DNA from: Eledone cirrhosa
Lineage: Eukaryota
Length of the DNA stretch: 64,000 bases
NCBI GenBank assembly: GCA_964016885.1
Contig: OZ024740.1
Location: 426,560,001 to 426,624,000 of the forward strand
Reading direction: 5' to 3'
The notes beneath the pieces were generated by a model. It was not told the DNA's origin, searched no databases, and saw only the letters and a list, made by a program, of their open reading frames with translations. Positions 30,281 to 42,341 of the stretch are shown piece by piece (the stretch's first letter is position 1; each line of letters begins with the position of its first letter). The translations under genes were made by a program, and so were the position numbers.

Positions 30281-30413
30281 GTGAGGTTTTTTTTTTACAA
30301 AATGAAAAATAACCGAGGTGTCCTACACGAGTGAAAGTATAAAGAAAAAGAGATGAAATCGAAAATGCAACTGGAGTCTTATTTTTTTTAAAAATATATA
30401 TATTTATTTGGTT

Positions 30414-30451
30414 CCTTTACCGGTTTCGCAGTTCTTCCGCTTTTCAAAAGG
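30414..30451 (-). ncRNA. Hammerhead candidate with variant core UUGAAAA (U3:A8)
   Basis: CCTT-TTGAAAA-GCGG AAGAA CTGC-GAAA-CCGG-TA-AAGG. The same core occurs in the copies at ~38417-38454 (-) and ~38503-38540 (+). Confidence 0.6.
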
Positions 30452-31286
30452 TGAGTTGAGATGGAGGGTCTGTGGTTTTTCTCACATCTGGTTGGTCTCT
30501 GAATGTTACTTGTTTTATATGGAAAAAGTGGCTCGAAATGACAGGTTTTTCGAGAAGTAACTTCATTGGTTTGTCAATAATTATAATAAATTTCGCGCCA
30601 GTTCGCGTTACAATAGTTCTTCAAATAAGAGGGGGGGGGGTTGTCACAGGTTGTTTTTTCATATATGAGTGTTTGAATTTCTTTTTACTTGAAAAAAGGA
30701 GGCTCACGAAGGCTTTTTTGGGGTTGGTTATAAATGAAATTATGGCTGTCACGTGAACAAATTTTCATTAAATTTGTGTGCCCTTATTTGGAAATCCATT
30801 CTGTAGCCTTTTTAGAGAATTTTTTGATAAAAAGGTAATGGTCAAGAGAAATGGATGGGAGAATTGTTCTGGTTCAGTGAATATGGTTAGTTCGCTGGGG
30901 TGTCAGAATTCAGATTTTCTATTGAATAAAGAAAGTAAAGATATGTGTGTTTATTTGTGTGCTTGTGTGTGTGTGTGTGTGTGTTTGAATTTCTTTACTT
31001 TAAAAAAAGGTGGCTCACAAAGGCTTTTTTTAATAAACGTGATTTGATTGGTTATAAATGAAATTTAGCTGTCACGTGAACAAGTTTTCATTACATTTTT
31101 GCGCCCTTATTTGGAAAACTATTCTGTAGTCTTTATAGCGAATGTTATGACAATGGAAAGATAGTGGTCAAGAGAAAAGGGATTGTTCTGGTTCAGTGAA
31201 TATGGTTAGTTCGCTGGGGTGTCAGAGTTCAGATTTTCTATTGAAGTGAAGATATGTATGTTTATTTGTGTGCTTGTTTGTGTGTA

Positions 31287-31317
<31 letters not shown>

Positions 31318-31795
31318 TGGAAGATGATTCTATTACTAGAAATGGGGGAGGGAGTTGTGTGTGTGTGTATATGGGTGTTATGTGTGTGTGTGCGAGTATG
31401 TTAAGATGGAGAGAATATATATTTTGTGTGTGTGTATATATATGTGTGTAGGAAAGTGGTTCTATTAGTAGAAATGGGGAGGGAGTTGTGGGTGTGGGGG
31501 TTGTTATGTGTGTGTATGGGTGTTATGTGTGTGGGAGTATGGTTAGCATGTTAAGATGAAGAGAATATATATATATATATATATTGTGTGTGTGTGTATG
31601 TGTGTGTGTAGGAAAGTGATTCCTTTAGTAGGAATATTTTTGAATGAACATATTTTCCTTACTTATTCGTGTTTGCTGTTGTATTGTCAGTGCAAACGTA
31701 TGTTAAGGTTTATTTAGTTCGGGTTTTTATTTTCTAAAGTAGAAGGTGTTATGTGTGTGTGTGTATGTCATATTATGGTGTTGACATAATGTATA

Positions 31796-33948
31796 TTAAA
31801 CCTTATTTAATGTTGGTCTATATTTTTGAATAAACATATTTTCCTTATTTATTCGCATTTGTTCTGTTGTATTGTTAGCGCAAAGGTAAAATGGGAAGAC
31901 TTGGAATTTGGGTGTCTTATTACTTGCGCAAATGTCTTAGTGGTATCTGTCTCGTGGTTGGGTCTTGTAATTGTTGGCGATGAACTGTCATTCTGTTTCT
32001 GAGTGTGAGTTTAGTTTGTCCTATATAATCTTCATTGCATCCTTTACATTTAATGGCATAAAGTAGATTTTTTGATGAGCAAGTGAAGTGATTTTTTACA
32101 GTAAAATTTTGTCCTGATTTAAATGTATACGTGTTGCCTTCAATGAGGTGAGTGCAGGTTCCACAATTAGAGCGACCACATTTTTTGATACTTGGTTGTG
32201 GGTTTGTAGTAGGTAATTTGGCATTGGTGAGTAATGTTTTCATTGATTTGGGTTGTCTTTTGCTTTTGATTATTTTGTGTGTTTCAAAGACTTTTTTCAT
32301 TCTTGGGTTTTGTTTTAGTAGTGGGATGTTATTGTGAATAGTGTTGTAAGCTTCCGCATTTCTTGGGTTGTGTGTTGAGATATATGATAGAATACTGGAC
32401 GTACCTTGAATTTGTTTCTGTTTTCGTAATTCATCAATGCCTATTGCTTTAGCCCTTTCTATTCCATTATTTATTAGTAATAGTGGGTACTCTCTCTCGA
32501 GTAGAATTTCCTTTAATTCTTGAAGTCTTTTATTTCGCGTTTCATAATTGCAGACAATTGTGCAAATTCTTCTTGCTAGGTTAAAAGGAATGTTCGTCTT
32601 CGTGTGCTTTTGATGGTTGGAGGTGAATAGCAGATATTGTTTGGAATCTGTTGGTTTGTAGTGTATGTCAGTTTCGATATTTGTGTCTTTTTTTAAGATT
32701 AAGCTGTCCAGAAATGGGAGTTGATCTTGGCTGTATTCCATCGTGAATTGGATGTGGTTATTTATGCCGTTTATTAAGTTTTTGAAATCCTTCAGTTGGT
32801 CGAGTGTGTGGGACCAAAGAATGAGGCAATCATCCAAGTAGCGTTTCCAATTCTCTGATAAATATTTATGGAAGTTCAATCCGTATTTTGATTTGGACTG
32901 TTCATATATCTGGACTTCTAAGTATGCCATGACTAAGTTGGTATAAGTTGGAGAGCAGCTTTTGTACCCATCGCAGTCCCCGATATTTGCTTGTAAGTCT
33001 TGCCATCGAAATCAAAAAGGTTGTTCTGTAGGATGAATTTTAATCCCTCGGTGATGAAGCTTTTTTCAATTCTGTCAGGTATCTCATTGGGATATTTCCC
33101 TAGCCAGAATCCTATTGCTTCTAGTCCGTATTGGTGTGGGATCGTTGTGTAGAGATTCACTACATCGAAAGACACAATAATAGTGTCGTTGTTGACATGT
33201 TTGGGGAGGTGGTTTAAGAGGTCCAGATCGTCTCTTACAAGGCTTGGTATGTGTTTCAGTATTGGTTTCAGTAGTATGTCTATAAAGTTGCTCAATCTGT
33301 GTGTTTCACATTGTGGGCCCGCTACAATTGGTCTTAATTTAAGGTCTGTGGGGTATTGTGTGTTCACGCAGGCTGAGGTGGATTGTTTACAGGCATCGTT
33401 GATTATTTTACACTTGTGGATCTTCGGAAGTCCGTAAAGGTTGCTGGTTTTGTATTCAAAATTTGTTAAATAATCGCGTTCCTTTTTAGTTAGGTCTTCC
33501 TGGTATCGATAAATCAGTGTGTTTAATTTGGTCATTATTTTTGATTGCTGGTAGTTTTTTACTCTTTCATAGTAATGAGTATTTTGTAAGAGAGAGAACA
33601 TAGAATTTTTATATTTTTCAGCCTCCATAATGACAACATTACCGCCCTTGTCCGCTTCCTTAATTATAATGTCCGTATTGTTTTTTAGTTCATGGATAAT
33701 CTCCCATTCCCTTCGACTCGTGTTGGGTTTGGGTTTAGGTTGCGGTAGTTCATGGTATGGGAAGGTAGCTATGTGGTCACAAAATTTGTCCAGAACTCTG
33801 TTTCTACCTTTTGTTGGGTTGTAGCTGCTTTTATTCCGTACAATTGATTCGTCGTTATTCTCCTTGTCAAAGAATTGCTCTGTGAGACGTAATTTTCTAC
33901 AGAAGTGTGAGATATCGTCATTTATCTCGTTGGGGTTAGGGTATTGTG
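31796..33948 (-). pseudogene. PLE reverse transcriptase + GIY-YIG endonuclease (frameshifted)
   Basis: Motifs [81 protein letters not shown]. Frameshifts near 32950 and 31935; the last frame reads KTPKFQVFPF...KENMFIQKYRPTLNKV* to 31796. Confidence 0.9.
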
Positions 33949-33993
<45 letters not shown>

Positions 33994-34024
33994 TATATAT
34001 ATATATACACATATATATATCTGC

Positions 34025-34103
<79 letters not shown>

Positions 34104-34109
34104 TATATA

Positions 34110-34161
<52 letters not shown>

Positions 34162-34193
34162 TATATATATATACAGATATATATATATATCTG

Positions 34194-34244
<51 letters not shown>

Positions 34245-34370
34245 CAGATTTATTACAGATTTATATCTATCTATCTGTGTATATTTATATCTATCTATCT
34301 GTCTATCTATCTGTATATTTATATCTATCTATCTATCTATCTATTTTTATATAAGTATATATATATATAT

Positions 34371-35350
34371 CAGTGGAAACTCCACCGCAACATTCTATAG
34401 AGGGCTGGTACGCAGCAGGTGCGACGACGCCCTCGGAGAAGCCCTAGACATGGAGGAGGACGAACTGGCCAGCCTGTTCGGTAGGACATTCAGCCCGGGA
34501 CCTATGGACAGCTTCCAGAAGTCCCTGGCCTGGCAGTGCTACCGAGGAGCTTTACCCGTTCGAGAAAGGCTCTACAGACACGGGCGCCCGGGTAGGGACC
34601 CCGCCAAAAAGATCTGTCCCAGGTGCGTGTGCGACGAGGAAACCGTTGCACACGCATTGGTACACTGCTCAGGCGTAGCCGATCTGTGGGACTATGTCGA
34701 ACAACTGCTGTCAAGGGTGGGACCGATCCGGTTGACCACCGAGTCTATTGTAATGATCAAGCCGCCTCCCCCCTTCAAAGATGAAGCAGAGGCGGTGTTT
34801 CTGTGCGTAATAGCCATGGCGAAAGAGGTTGTATGGTGGACGCGTCTGAAAGGACTGAGGTCAGGAACCTTTCTCTCTGGCCAACAACTGGTCCGTTTCT
34901 TCCGATATCATTTCGGAAGAAGGATCAGGATGGAGAGAGAGGTGCTGCACCCCAGTCGTTTTTATGAAAGGTGAGTGAAAGTGGCGAGAATGGCCCGTGT
35001 GAATGGGCCTTCTCTTTACATGAGCCTGTAGGTGGAAAAGAGGAAGGAACGAGGGAGCACCCCCTCTCTGTGCTCCTGAGGAAAAGGGTTGCACACTTTT
35101 TTCGGGGGTGTGTGCGACCCCCCAAGGCGCCTCCTTTCTATTGAGGATTTTGTTATAAATTTTATTTTTTGTTATATTTTATAACAAAATCCTCTATTGA
35201 GGATTTTGTTATAATTCTATTTTTTGTTATATTTTATTTTATTTTTATATATTGTTATTGCCTCCTCCCTATTGAGGACGCCTTGTTTTGTAAACTCCCC
35301 CCATTGTACTTGTCCCACTTTTGATGCCCTTGTGGCAAATAAAAGAAACA
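34371..35350 (+). mobile_element. 5'-truncated Tx1/L1-clade LINE (3' end of ORF2 + 3'UTR)
   Basis: Translation [12 protein letters not shown]...[20 protein letters not shown]...[14 protein letters not shown] is paralogous to the ORF2 C-terminus at 56348-56992. AATAAA near 35338, then (TA)n. Confidence 0.88.
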
Positions 35351-35363
35351 TATCTATATATAA

Positions 35364-35400
<37 letters not shown>

Positions 35401-35719
35401 GAGAGAAAGAGAGAGGGAGAGAGGGAGAGAGAGAGATGTATATATGTATGTCTGTCTGTGCCCGTGTGTGTTGGACTATCTGACCTTGTCGGTATTTACG
35501 TGTTTATATGTCCCATGATATAGCGCTTCTGATAAAGAGCGAGAGCTATGATATCCACAAGTGAAAATAATTACTTACTTTCACACGTACACAATAGAGA
35601 TATAAATATAGAAATATAGATAGACATCGTTACACGAAGCAGGGGTATACAGATTCCCATGCGGACAATGGACAGGAGATCATGATAATATTGAATATAT
35701 GAGGAAAACAAATGAAGCG

Positions 35720-35781
<62 letters not shown>

Positions 35782-35973
35782 AACAAAGGAAATGTGATAA
35801 GGAACCAGATGGACCATAACGCACCAGAGTACTCAATACTTAGGGTAGTGGAGTGGGAAATAGGAAAAAGTATGACCCCGACGGCAGAGCTCAAGCCGTT
35901 TCGACGGCTATTTCTGGACTCAGAAATAGCCGTCAAAACGGCTTGAGCTCTGCCGTCGGCGTCATAGTTTTTC
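35782..35973. mobile_element. Fold-back insertion, family B
   Basis: Homologous to 26233-26464; inverted arms ~35865-35972 with a shorter centre. Confidence 0.7.
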
Positions 35974-35984
35974 ATATATATATA

Positions 35985-36168
35985 TACGTTATTCCGGGTT
36001 GAATCGGAGGTAACCACAGTAAGTAAGGTAGTCAATACATAGCAGAGTATAAAAGTTTTAATATAGATGAGATTCTACAGGACTAGAACTGTTTCATTCT
36101 TTAGAAATCATCAGAGATTCCTGTTGATTTCTAAAGAATGAAACAGTTCTACTCCTGTAGAATCTCAT
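35985..36168. mobile_element. Fold-back insertion with hammerhead fold
   Basis: Inverted repeat 36068-36168. Plus strand 36114-36166 reads GAGATTC-CTGTTGA-TTTCTAAAGAAT-GAAA-CAG...CTG-TA-GAATCTC; the minus arm has canonical CTGATGA. Confidence 0.7.
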
Positions 36169-36518
36169 ATATATATATATATATATATATATTTGTATTT
36201 TAACTTTAATTATATCTCATAAAATAATACAACTGGCTTTCCACAAAATACATATAGTTAGCACCCCAAACACTTAAATTGGGTTATATACATACATTTA
36301 TTTTTTTTAATTAATTGAGTTCTTAACACGTGGAATTGATAATAGTTTTAAATAACTAATTAACCCGCGTGTATTAAATATTTTACTCTTAATTTGGCCA
36401 GAGATTTAAATTCCCAATCACCTTTTAAGCGTAACCTTCAGTATTCGCTGCGGTGATGTGATGCGGTTTATTGTTTTGGTATCACCTCTGTACGCATATG
36501 TTAGTAGATGTACTAAAT

Positions 36519-36559
<41 letters not shown>

Positions 36560-36562
<3 letters not shown>

Positions 36563-36764
36563 GGAACGAGTAGGACCCTGACAGCTGAGCTCAAGCCGTT
36601 TCGACGGCTTATTCTGGACTAAAATTACTCCAGAATTAGCCGTCGAAACGGCTTGAGTTCAGCCGTCGGGGTCCTACTCGTTCTTATTACCCACTCTACT
36701 ACCCTAACTATTGTGTACTTTGGTGCGTTATGGTCCACCTGGTTCCTTACCACATTTCCTTCGT

Positions 36765-36767
<3 letters not shown>
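36560..36767. mobile_element. Fold-back insertion, family B (diverged subfamily, opposite orientation)
   Basis: Inverted arms ~36561-36683, long arm extending to the right; flanked by (TA)n. Confidence 0.7.
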
Positions 36768-36809
<42 letters not shown>

Positions 36810-36824
36810 GTATATATATGTGTG

Positions 36825-36873
<49 letters not shown>

Positions 36874-36977
36874 GTATATATATGTGTGGGTATATATATA
36901 TATGAGATATGAGTATATATAAGCGTACATATATTGGTTAATCTTCATGTATGTATATATGTATATATGCATGTATG

Positions 36978-37117
<140 letters not shown>

Positions 37118-37234
37118 AATGAATATATGATAGGGATAAACACTGATACAAGTATACATGTGTTCGCATTGCAAATGACCAACTTAGGTAGATTGAAAAA
37201 TACTATAATATATATATATATATATATATTTATT

Positions 37235-37352
37235 TATTCTCTGGAACGCCGCCGTGAGCGCTACATTATCTACTAGTGTGTAAAATATTCCATCAACATT
37301 GCCCAAATGATGTTAGCCTCACCTTTAAAGTACACCGGAATGTTTGGGCCCC
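37235..37352 (+). mobile_element. CR1/L2-group LINE ORF2 C-terminal fragment
   Basis: YSLERRRERYIIY, then after a frameshift CKIFHQHCPNDVSLTFKVH. Resembles the post-RT 'SL.RRRERY..IY.WKI' motif of invertebrate CR1-group LINEs. Confidence 0.6.
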
Positions 37353-37378
37353 ATACTATCTGCCCACAACACACACAC

Positions 37379-37453
<75 letters not shown>

Positions 37454-37459
37454 GTGTGT

Positions 37460-37508
<49 letters not shown>

Positions 37509-37721
37509 TATGTGTATACATGTATTCACATATATATGGCAAACTGTTTGACAATCGCCACCGACGAATGCGAGAAAGTTCTCCAGAAAAGTTAACCAGG
37601 AATCTTTAAAAATCTTCCCATCGAAGTTAACAAAGTACGTACTAGATCTACCAAATCATAATATAATAAAATTAAATCAAATTGTTTAGAACGACTAGTG
37701 AAGTCATTCTCTTCTCTATTT

Positions 37722-37789
<68 letters not shown>

Positions 37790-37792
<3 letters not shown>

Positions 37793-38242
37793 GTAGGAGG
37801 TGAGTTTTATTGTACTACAATAAAGCAATGCAGATATCGGATAAGAAGCACTCTACAGTTTGTAGGACTGGAGTATAAATAATATATAAGATCAAAAGAT
37901 GGTTAAAAGAGTTCCATGTATTTTATTATGGGCATTTCAAAAACAAATATCATCATGCAATAACATTTGCGTTTTCGTCAGATAAAATAGGGAGACATGA
38001 TATGAAGGTTAAAACACACTTGTTAATAGTGCAGTTTTAAATCAACATATCATGATATGTTAATTTAAATCAACATGTCATGATATGTTGATTTAAAACT
38101 GCACTATTCACAAGTGTGTTTTAACCTTCATATCATGTCTCCCTATTTTATCTGACGAAAACACAAATATTATTGCATGATGATATTTGTTTTTGAAATG
38201 CGCATAATAAAATACATGGAACTCTTTTAACCATCTTTTGAT

Positions 38243-38248
<6 letters not shown>
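37790..38248. mobile_element. Fold-back insertion, family C, ~360-bp palindrome
   Basis: Inverted arms ~37885-38248. The long arm 37790-37885 is the reverse complement of 30140-30235. Confidence 0.8.
38145..38213 (+). ncRNA. Type I hammerhead ribozyme candidate (family C)
   Basis: ATTTTAT-CTGACGA-long stem II (AAACACAAATATT...GATATTTGTTTTT)-GAAA-TGCGCA-TA-ATAAAAT: 7-bp stem I, palindromic stem III. Confidence 0.8.
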
Positions 38249-38278
<30 letters not shown>

Positions 38279-38285
<7 letters not shown>

Positions 38286-38616
38286 GTGACGTTTTTTTTA
38301 CAAATTGAAAAATAACCGAGGTGTCCTACACGAGTGAAAGTATAAAGAAAAAGAGATGAAATCGAAAATGCAACAGGAGTCTTATTTTTTTTTAAAATAT
38401 ATATATTTATTCGGTTCCTTTACCGCTTTCGCAGTTCTTCTGCTTTTCAAAAGGTGAGTTGAGATGGAGGGTCTGTGGTTTTTCTCACATCTTGACAACT
38501 CACATTTTGAAAAGCAGAAGAACTGCGAAACCGGTAAAGGAACCAAATAAATATATATATTTTTTTAAAAAATAAGACTCCTGTTGCATTTTCGATTTCA
38601 TCTCTTTTTCTTTATA
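38279..38616. mobile_element. Fold-back solo terminus of the Neptune-like PLE family
   Basis: 38279-38490 nearly matches 30273-30488; 38496-38616 is its partial inverted copy. Confidence 0.8.
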
Positions 38617-38660
38617 TATATATATATATAGTTATGTAATAAACAACATAAGGCAATTAT

Positions 38661-38717
38661 TCCATTTACCAGTGGTTTCTTAAAAGCAAAAAATTTTGAC
38701 TCAATCATCAGAATGAA
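38661..38717 (-). ncRNA. Type I hammerhead candidate in the Naiad-like 3'UTR
   Basis: TTCATT-CTGATGA-TTGAGTCAAAATTTTTTGCTTTTAA-GAAA-CCACTGG-TA-AATGGA: stem I 6 bp (one G-U), stem III ACCA/TGGT; sense to the ORF. Confidence 0.7.
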
Positions 38718-38964
38718 AAAATCCTGGTCTATCCATATATATACCTATACACATACATATATATATACACATACACATACATACACATACATTATGGTAT
38801 GTGAAGGGTAAGGCAAAAAAATAAGAGGGAAAAGGAGGGGGGAAAAATGACATAGGAAAAGGTTAAATATAAGGGGAGATAAGGGAGAAAGAGAATACAA
38901 GAATACAGAACGTGGATTCAGCAGGTAAAAAAACCGTAGTTGAAGTAAAGAGCATGGAAAGAGT

Positions 38965-41106
38965 TCAAGGCGGTTGAGTAATCATAGGAGTGTCAATCCA
39001 GTTACAGATCAGATGTGATTTCAGATGAGGACAACATCTGAAAATCTCGGTCTTTGAGTTCAGGCAAGCAGAAGTGGCTTTCAAGTTTAGCAAAATCCTA
39101 TATTTTTCTGTGGTACACAAAGAACAATTCTTTGTGCCCCTTTGGTACTCCCTCGAATGGTCTAAAATAGACGAATCGATAGAGTACGGGATGTTATTAT
39201 CCTTGAATTCCCACACCTTACCTGCGAGGGCCGTTGTTGTTCGTTTATCGGAATACTTAAAAGAAGCGACATGTGAGTAAAACCTGGTTTTAAACCTGTC
39301 CTGGGTCATGCCGACATATCGCTCATTCTTGGCTGTCTGGCTGGTTGTTGATTAACGGTATTATTTTAGCCTCTTAAACAACAGATTTGGTGTTACATTT
39401 GCCCTGCAATGGGCATTCATCCGGCTTCTTGCAACTGCATCCTGGATTTGTTCTCGTATGATTTGAACTAGTGATCTTGGACTTCATAGATGGGCAACAA
39501 GAGTAACTGATCTTAACTACGTTCCTATTAAATATCTTGTAATATCTATGATTAGGAGGAAACATTTTATCTAAGTGTTTAAGGAATTTCCTTCCTACAT
39601 TAGTTTTGACAGTTAGCGAGAAGGGGGGTGTGAACCAAATAATTTTCCTTTTCCTGTTATTGTGGTTAGTTTTACGGGGGGGGGGGGAGTAGGTAAATAA
39701 AAAAATGTTTCTGCAAAACCGCTGTTCTTAAGGGCTTTATTATAATAAGGGGCGGCTTTATTAAAAATGTCTATAGACGAAGATAGGGTAGAAATACTAC
39801 GGCTAATGTTGGGAATAAGATTATTAAAAACTATAGGGGGATGGCAAGACTCTTTGTGTATATACCTAAGATTTTCATTAGGTTTATGATAAGGTTTAAA
39901 AGAGGCGGTAAGTAGATCAAGATTAATATCAAGAAAGTTAGCATTGGTAAGGTTCGTATCTATAGTGATTTTAAGGTTAAGATTAGCAAAAGTATTGATT
40001 AAATCTTTACGGAATTTATGAAGGTTATGGTCGTTGGTGGTATGAGAAACTGCCAATCCGTCATCACGGTATAAACCGATATTATGGGAAGGAAATTTCT
40101 CTTTGAGGGTGTGGAGAAGGAATAATCCTACTAAGTCACACACATCCGCATTGTCATATGAACCCATTGCAACATCAAAAGAGTTTTCAGGGTTTGACTT
40201 TTTAACCCAAATATTTTCATTAGTAAAGAGTAAAGTTTATCTAGCATGAAAGATAATGTCTTCTTCTAATTTAGAAATATTAATGAAGGGTCTTTCAAAA
40301 TCTAAGGCATTAGTTAATAAGGAAACAGTAATAGAGGGGTAAAAATCAACAATATCAAATTGGGTAAATCTACACTTATTTTTACCTTGTATATTATTAA
40401 ACCAAGAAATAACAAAGGAAGTATTTAGCCACTGTGATAGGTCAGTGTTAGTTCTAATTTGGAGAATTATTTTTCTTAAGATTTTTTTACTTGCAAGGCC
40501 AACTTCGGATTTAGCCGGGTTAATCAGTCTACAACTAGGTCGATTAGTAAAGTCCAATTTATGGTCTTTAAGGGTAATATATTCTTTACGTTTAGCTAGG
40601 CTTTCAATCCGGTTGTCTATTTTTAAAGAACTAGCTAGTTCTTTAGCTTCTTTATTAATAGTATTGTAGGTATTATTATTAGTTAATTGATATTTGTTGG
40701 TGATACTATTAGTTAAAAGTTGGTTATATAAAGTACTATTAACTTCAAAGAGATTTTTAGTTTTATCAGAAAGAACAAAGGTGTTTGTAGAATTTCTAAA
40801 ATTAGAAATATCGTTAGACAGTTTAGTTTGAAAGTTATTATTGTACTTACGAAATTTGATATCACTAATTAAATTAACAAGGTCTAATTCGAAGTTAACC
40901 ATGTCTTTAATTCTAGGTGGATATTTATGGGATTTTATGTCAAAACAATCATTAGTATCAGCACTGAATATTCCATCGTAAATCATTGCTTTCCATTTCA
41001 TTCTTTTAACGACTTGTTCGATTTTATCTATAAGCATTTTGGTATAAGTTGTGTTGGAAGGAGTAGGTATATTTTTGATTGAATAATCCAATTCATAAAG
41101 GTCCAT
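38965..41106 (-). pseudogene. Naiad-type PLE RT + GIY-YIG endonuclease (nonsense and frameshift mutations)
   Basis: Motifs YSIKNIP, ITLKDHK, CRLINPAKSEVG, QFDIVDFYPSI, FDVAMGSYD.ADVCDLVG, GLYRDDGL, KIFNRNVVKISYSC, CSC...CPLQGKC, FKTRFYSH, CSLCTTEK, LNSKTE...CPH. In-frame TAA at 40237-40239 and later frameshifts. Confidence 0.88.
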
Positions 41107-41145
41107 GGTGTATGTTGGTTATATTCCTGAAAACTGTAGAGTGCT

Positions 41146-41217
<72 letters not shown>

Positions 41218-41329
41218 AATTAATATCTAGTAACATATATATACATACAGATGCATATCAATGCTAGCAAATATATAGGTTTTGTCTCAGTAACATTGTG
41301 GTTCAATGCATGGGGTTGCAGAACAATAA

Positions 41330-41872
41330 TATGAGAGACGTAAAATAAGAAAATTATAAAATTAACTTACTTACTAAAATATCAGTTCCAACTAATTAGT
41401 TTCTGGAATGGAATAAATATATTTTCCGAAGGAAACATAGAGAATCATTCCGTCGTCAGGGAAGTCTATTCTCATCTAAGTATCCAGGCAAAGCGTGGAC
41501 TCTGGAAACTTATTAAAAAATAATTCAGTGGATAGAAAATAGCAAAGCGTGGACTGAATTCCTAGCCATTGAGAAAATCACTGCCTCTGCGTCGGTGGCT
41601 AATTCAACCGACGCAGAGGCAGTGATTTTCTCAATGGCTAGGAATTTAGTCCACGCTTTGCTATTTTCTATCCACTGAATTATTTTTGTATAAGTTCCCA
41701 GTGTCCACGTACTGCCTGGAAACTTAGCTGAGAATAGACTTCCCTGATGACGAAAGGCTCCTCTGTACACTCTTCGGAAAGTATGTTTATTCCCTTTCAG
41801 AAACTAATTAGTTGGAAGTGATATTTTAGTAAGTAAGTTAATTTTATAATTTTCTTATTTTACGTCTCTCAT
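41330..41872. mobile_element. ~540-bp palindromic insertion with a hammerhead in each arm
   Basis: Arms centred near 41602. Plus-strand hammerhead 41738-41819: ACTTCC-CTGATGA-C GAAAGG...CCTTTC A-GAAA-CTAATTAG-TT-GGAAGT. The minus arm has CTGACGA at ~41453-41459. Confidence 0.8.
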
Positions 41873-42011
41873 ATATATATATACACACACACACACATAT
41901 ATATATGTGTGCGTGTGTTTGTATGTGCAGTTATATATACATATACACATACACACACACACACACATACACACACACACTTATATATATATATATGTCT
42001 CTACTGTAGAC

Positions 42012-42341
42012 CAGTGTTCCTCAAACTACCTGATGTGGCGTCTGGCATTTTTTTTTCAATGTGCCATGTACCGCTAATATTTCGTAGTAATATTAATTCA
42101 TACCGGAAACGATATAATGAATATAATAATAGTTGACCATTTGTTATCTTCTATTTATTTTGTAAACAAATAATACAATATCAAAACATGAAAAAGTAAT
42201 AAAAAAAATAACAAGCAGTTTATTAACACAAAAATAAAAATTATATAACCTTAATCTTTACTTGTGTGAAAGGCCGCGTACCGGTAGCTGATGGCTCGCG
42301 TACCAGCACCGGTCCGCGGACCACCACTTTGAGTAGTACTG
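42012..42341. mobile_element. hAT/Charlie-type MITE
   Basis: Imperfect TIRs CAGTGTTCCTCAAA...TTTGAGTAGTACTG. 8-bp TSD CTGTAGAC/CTCTAGAC matches the NTCTAGAN Charlie target preference. Confidence 0.8.

Larger units (their letters stand above)
30273..33948 (-). mobile_element. Penelope-like retroelement (Neptune-like), 5'-truncated, decayed
   Basis: RT and GIY-YIG coding region plus a ~1.5-kb 3' region ending in a terminus shared with 38279-38490. Both ends abut (TA)n. Confidence 0.85.
38631..41148 (-). mobile_element. Penelope-like retroelement (Naiad-like), near full length, decayed
   Basis: Coding region plus ~330-bp 3'UTR carrying a hammerhead; bounded by (TA)n on both sides. Confidence 0.85.
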
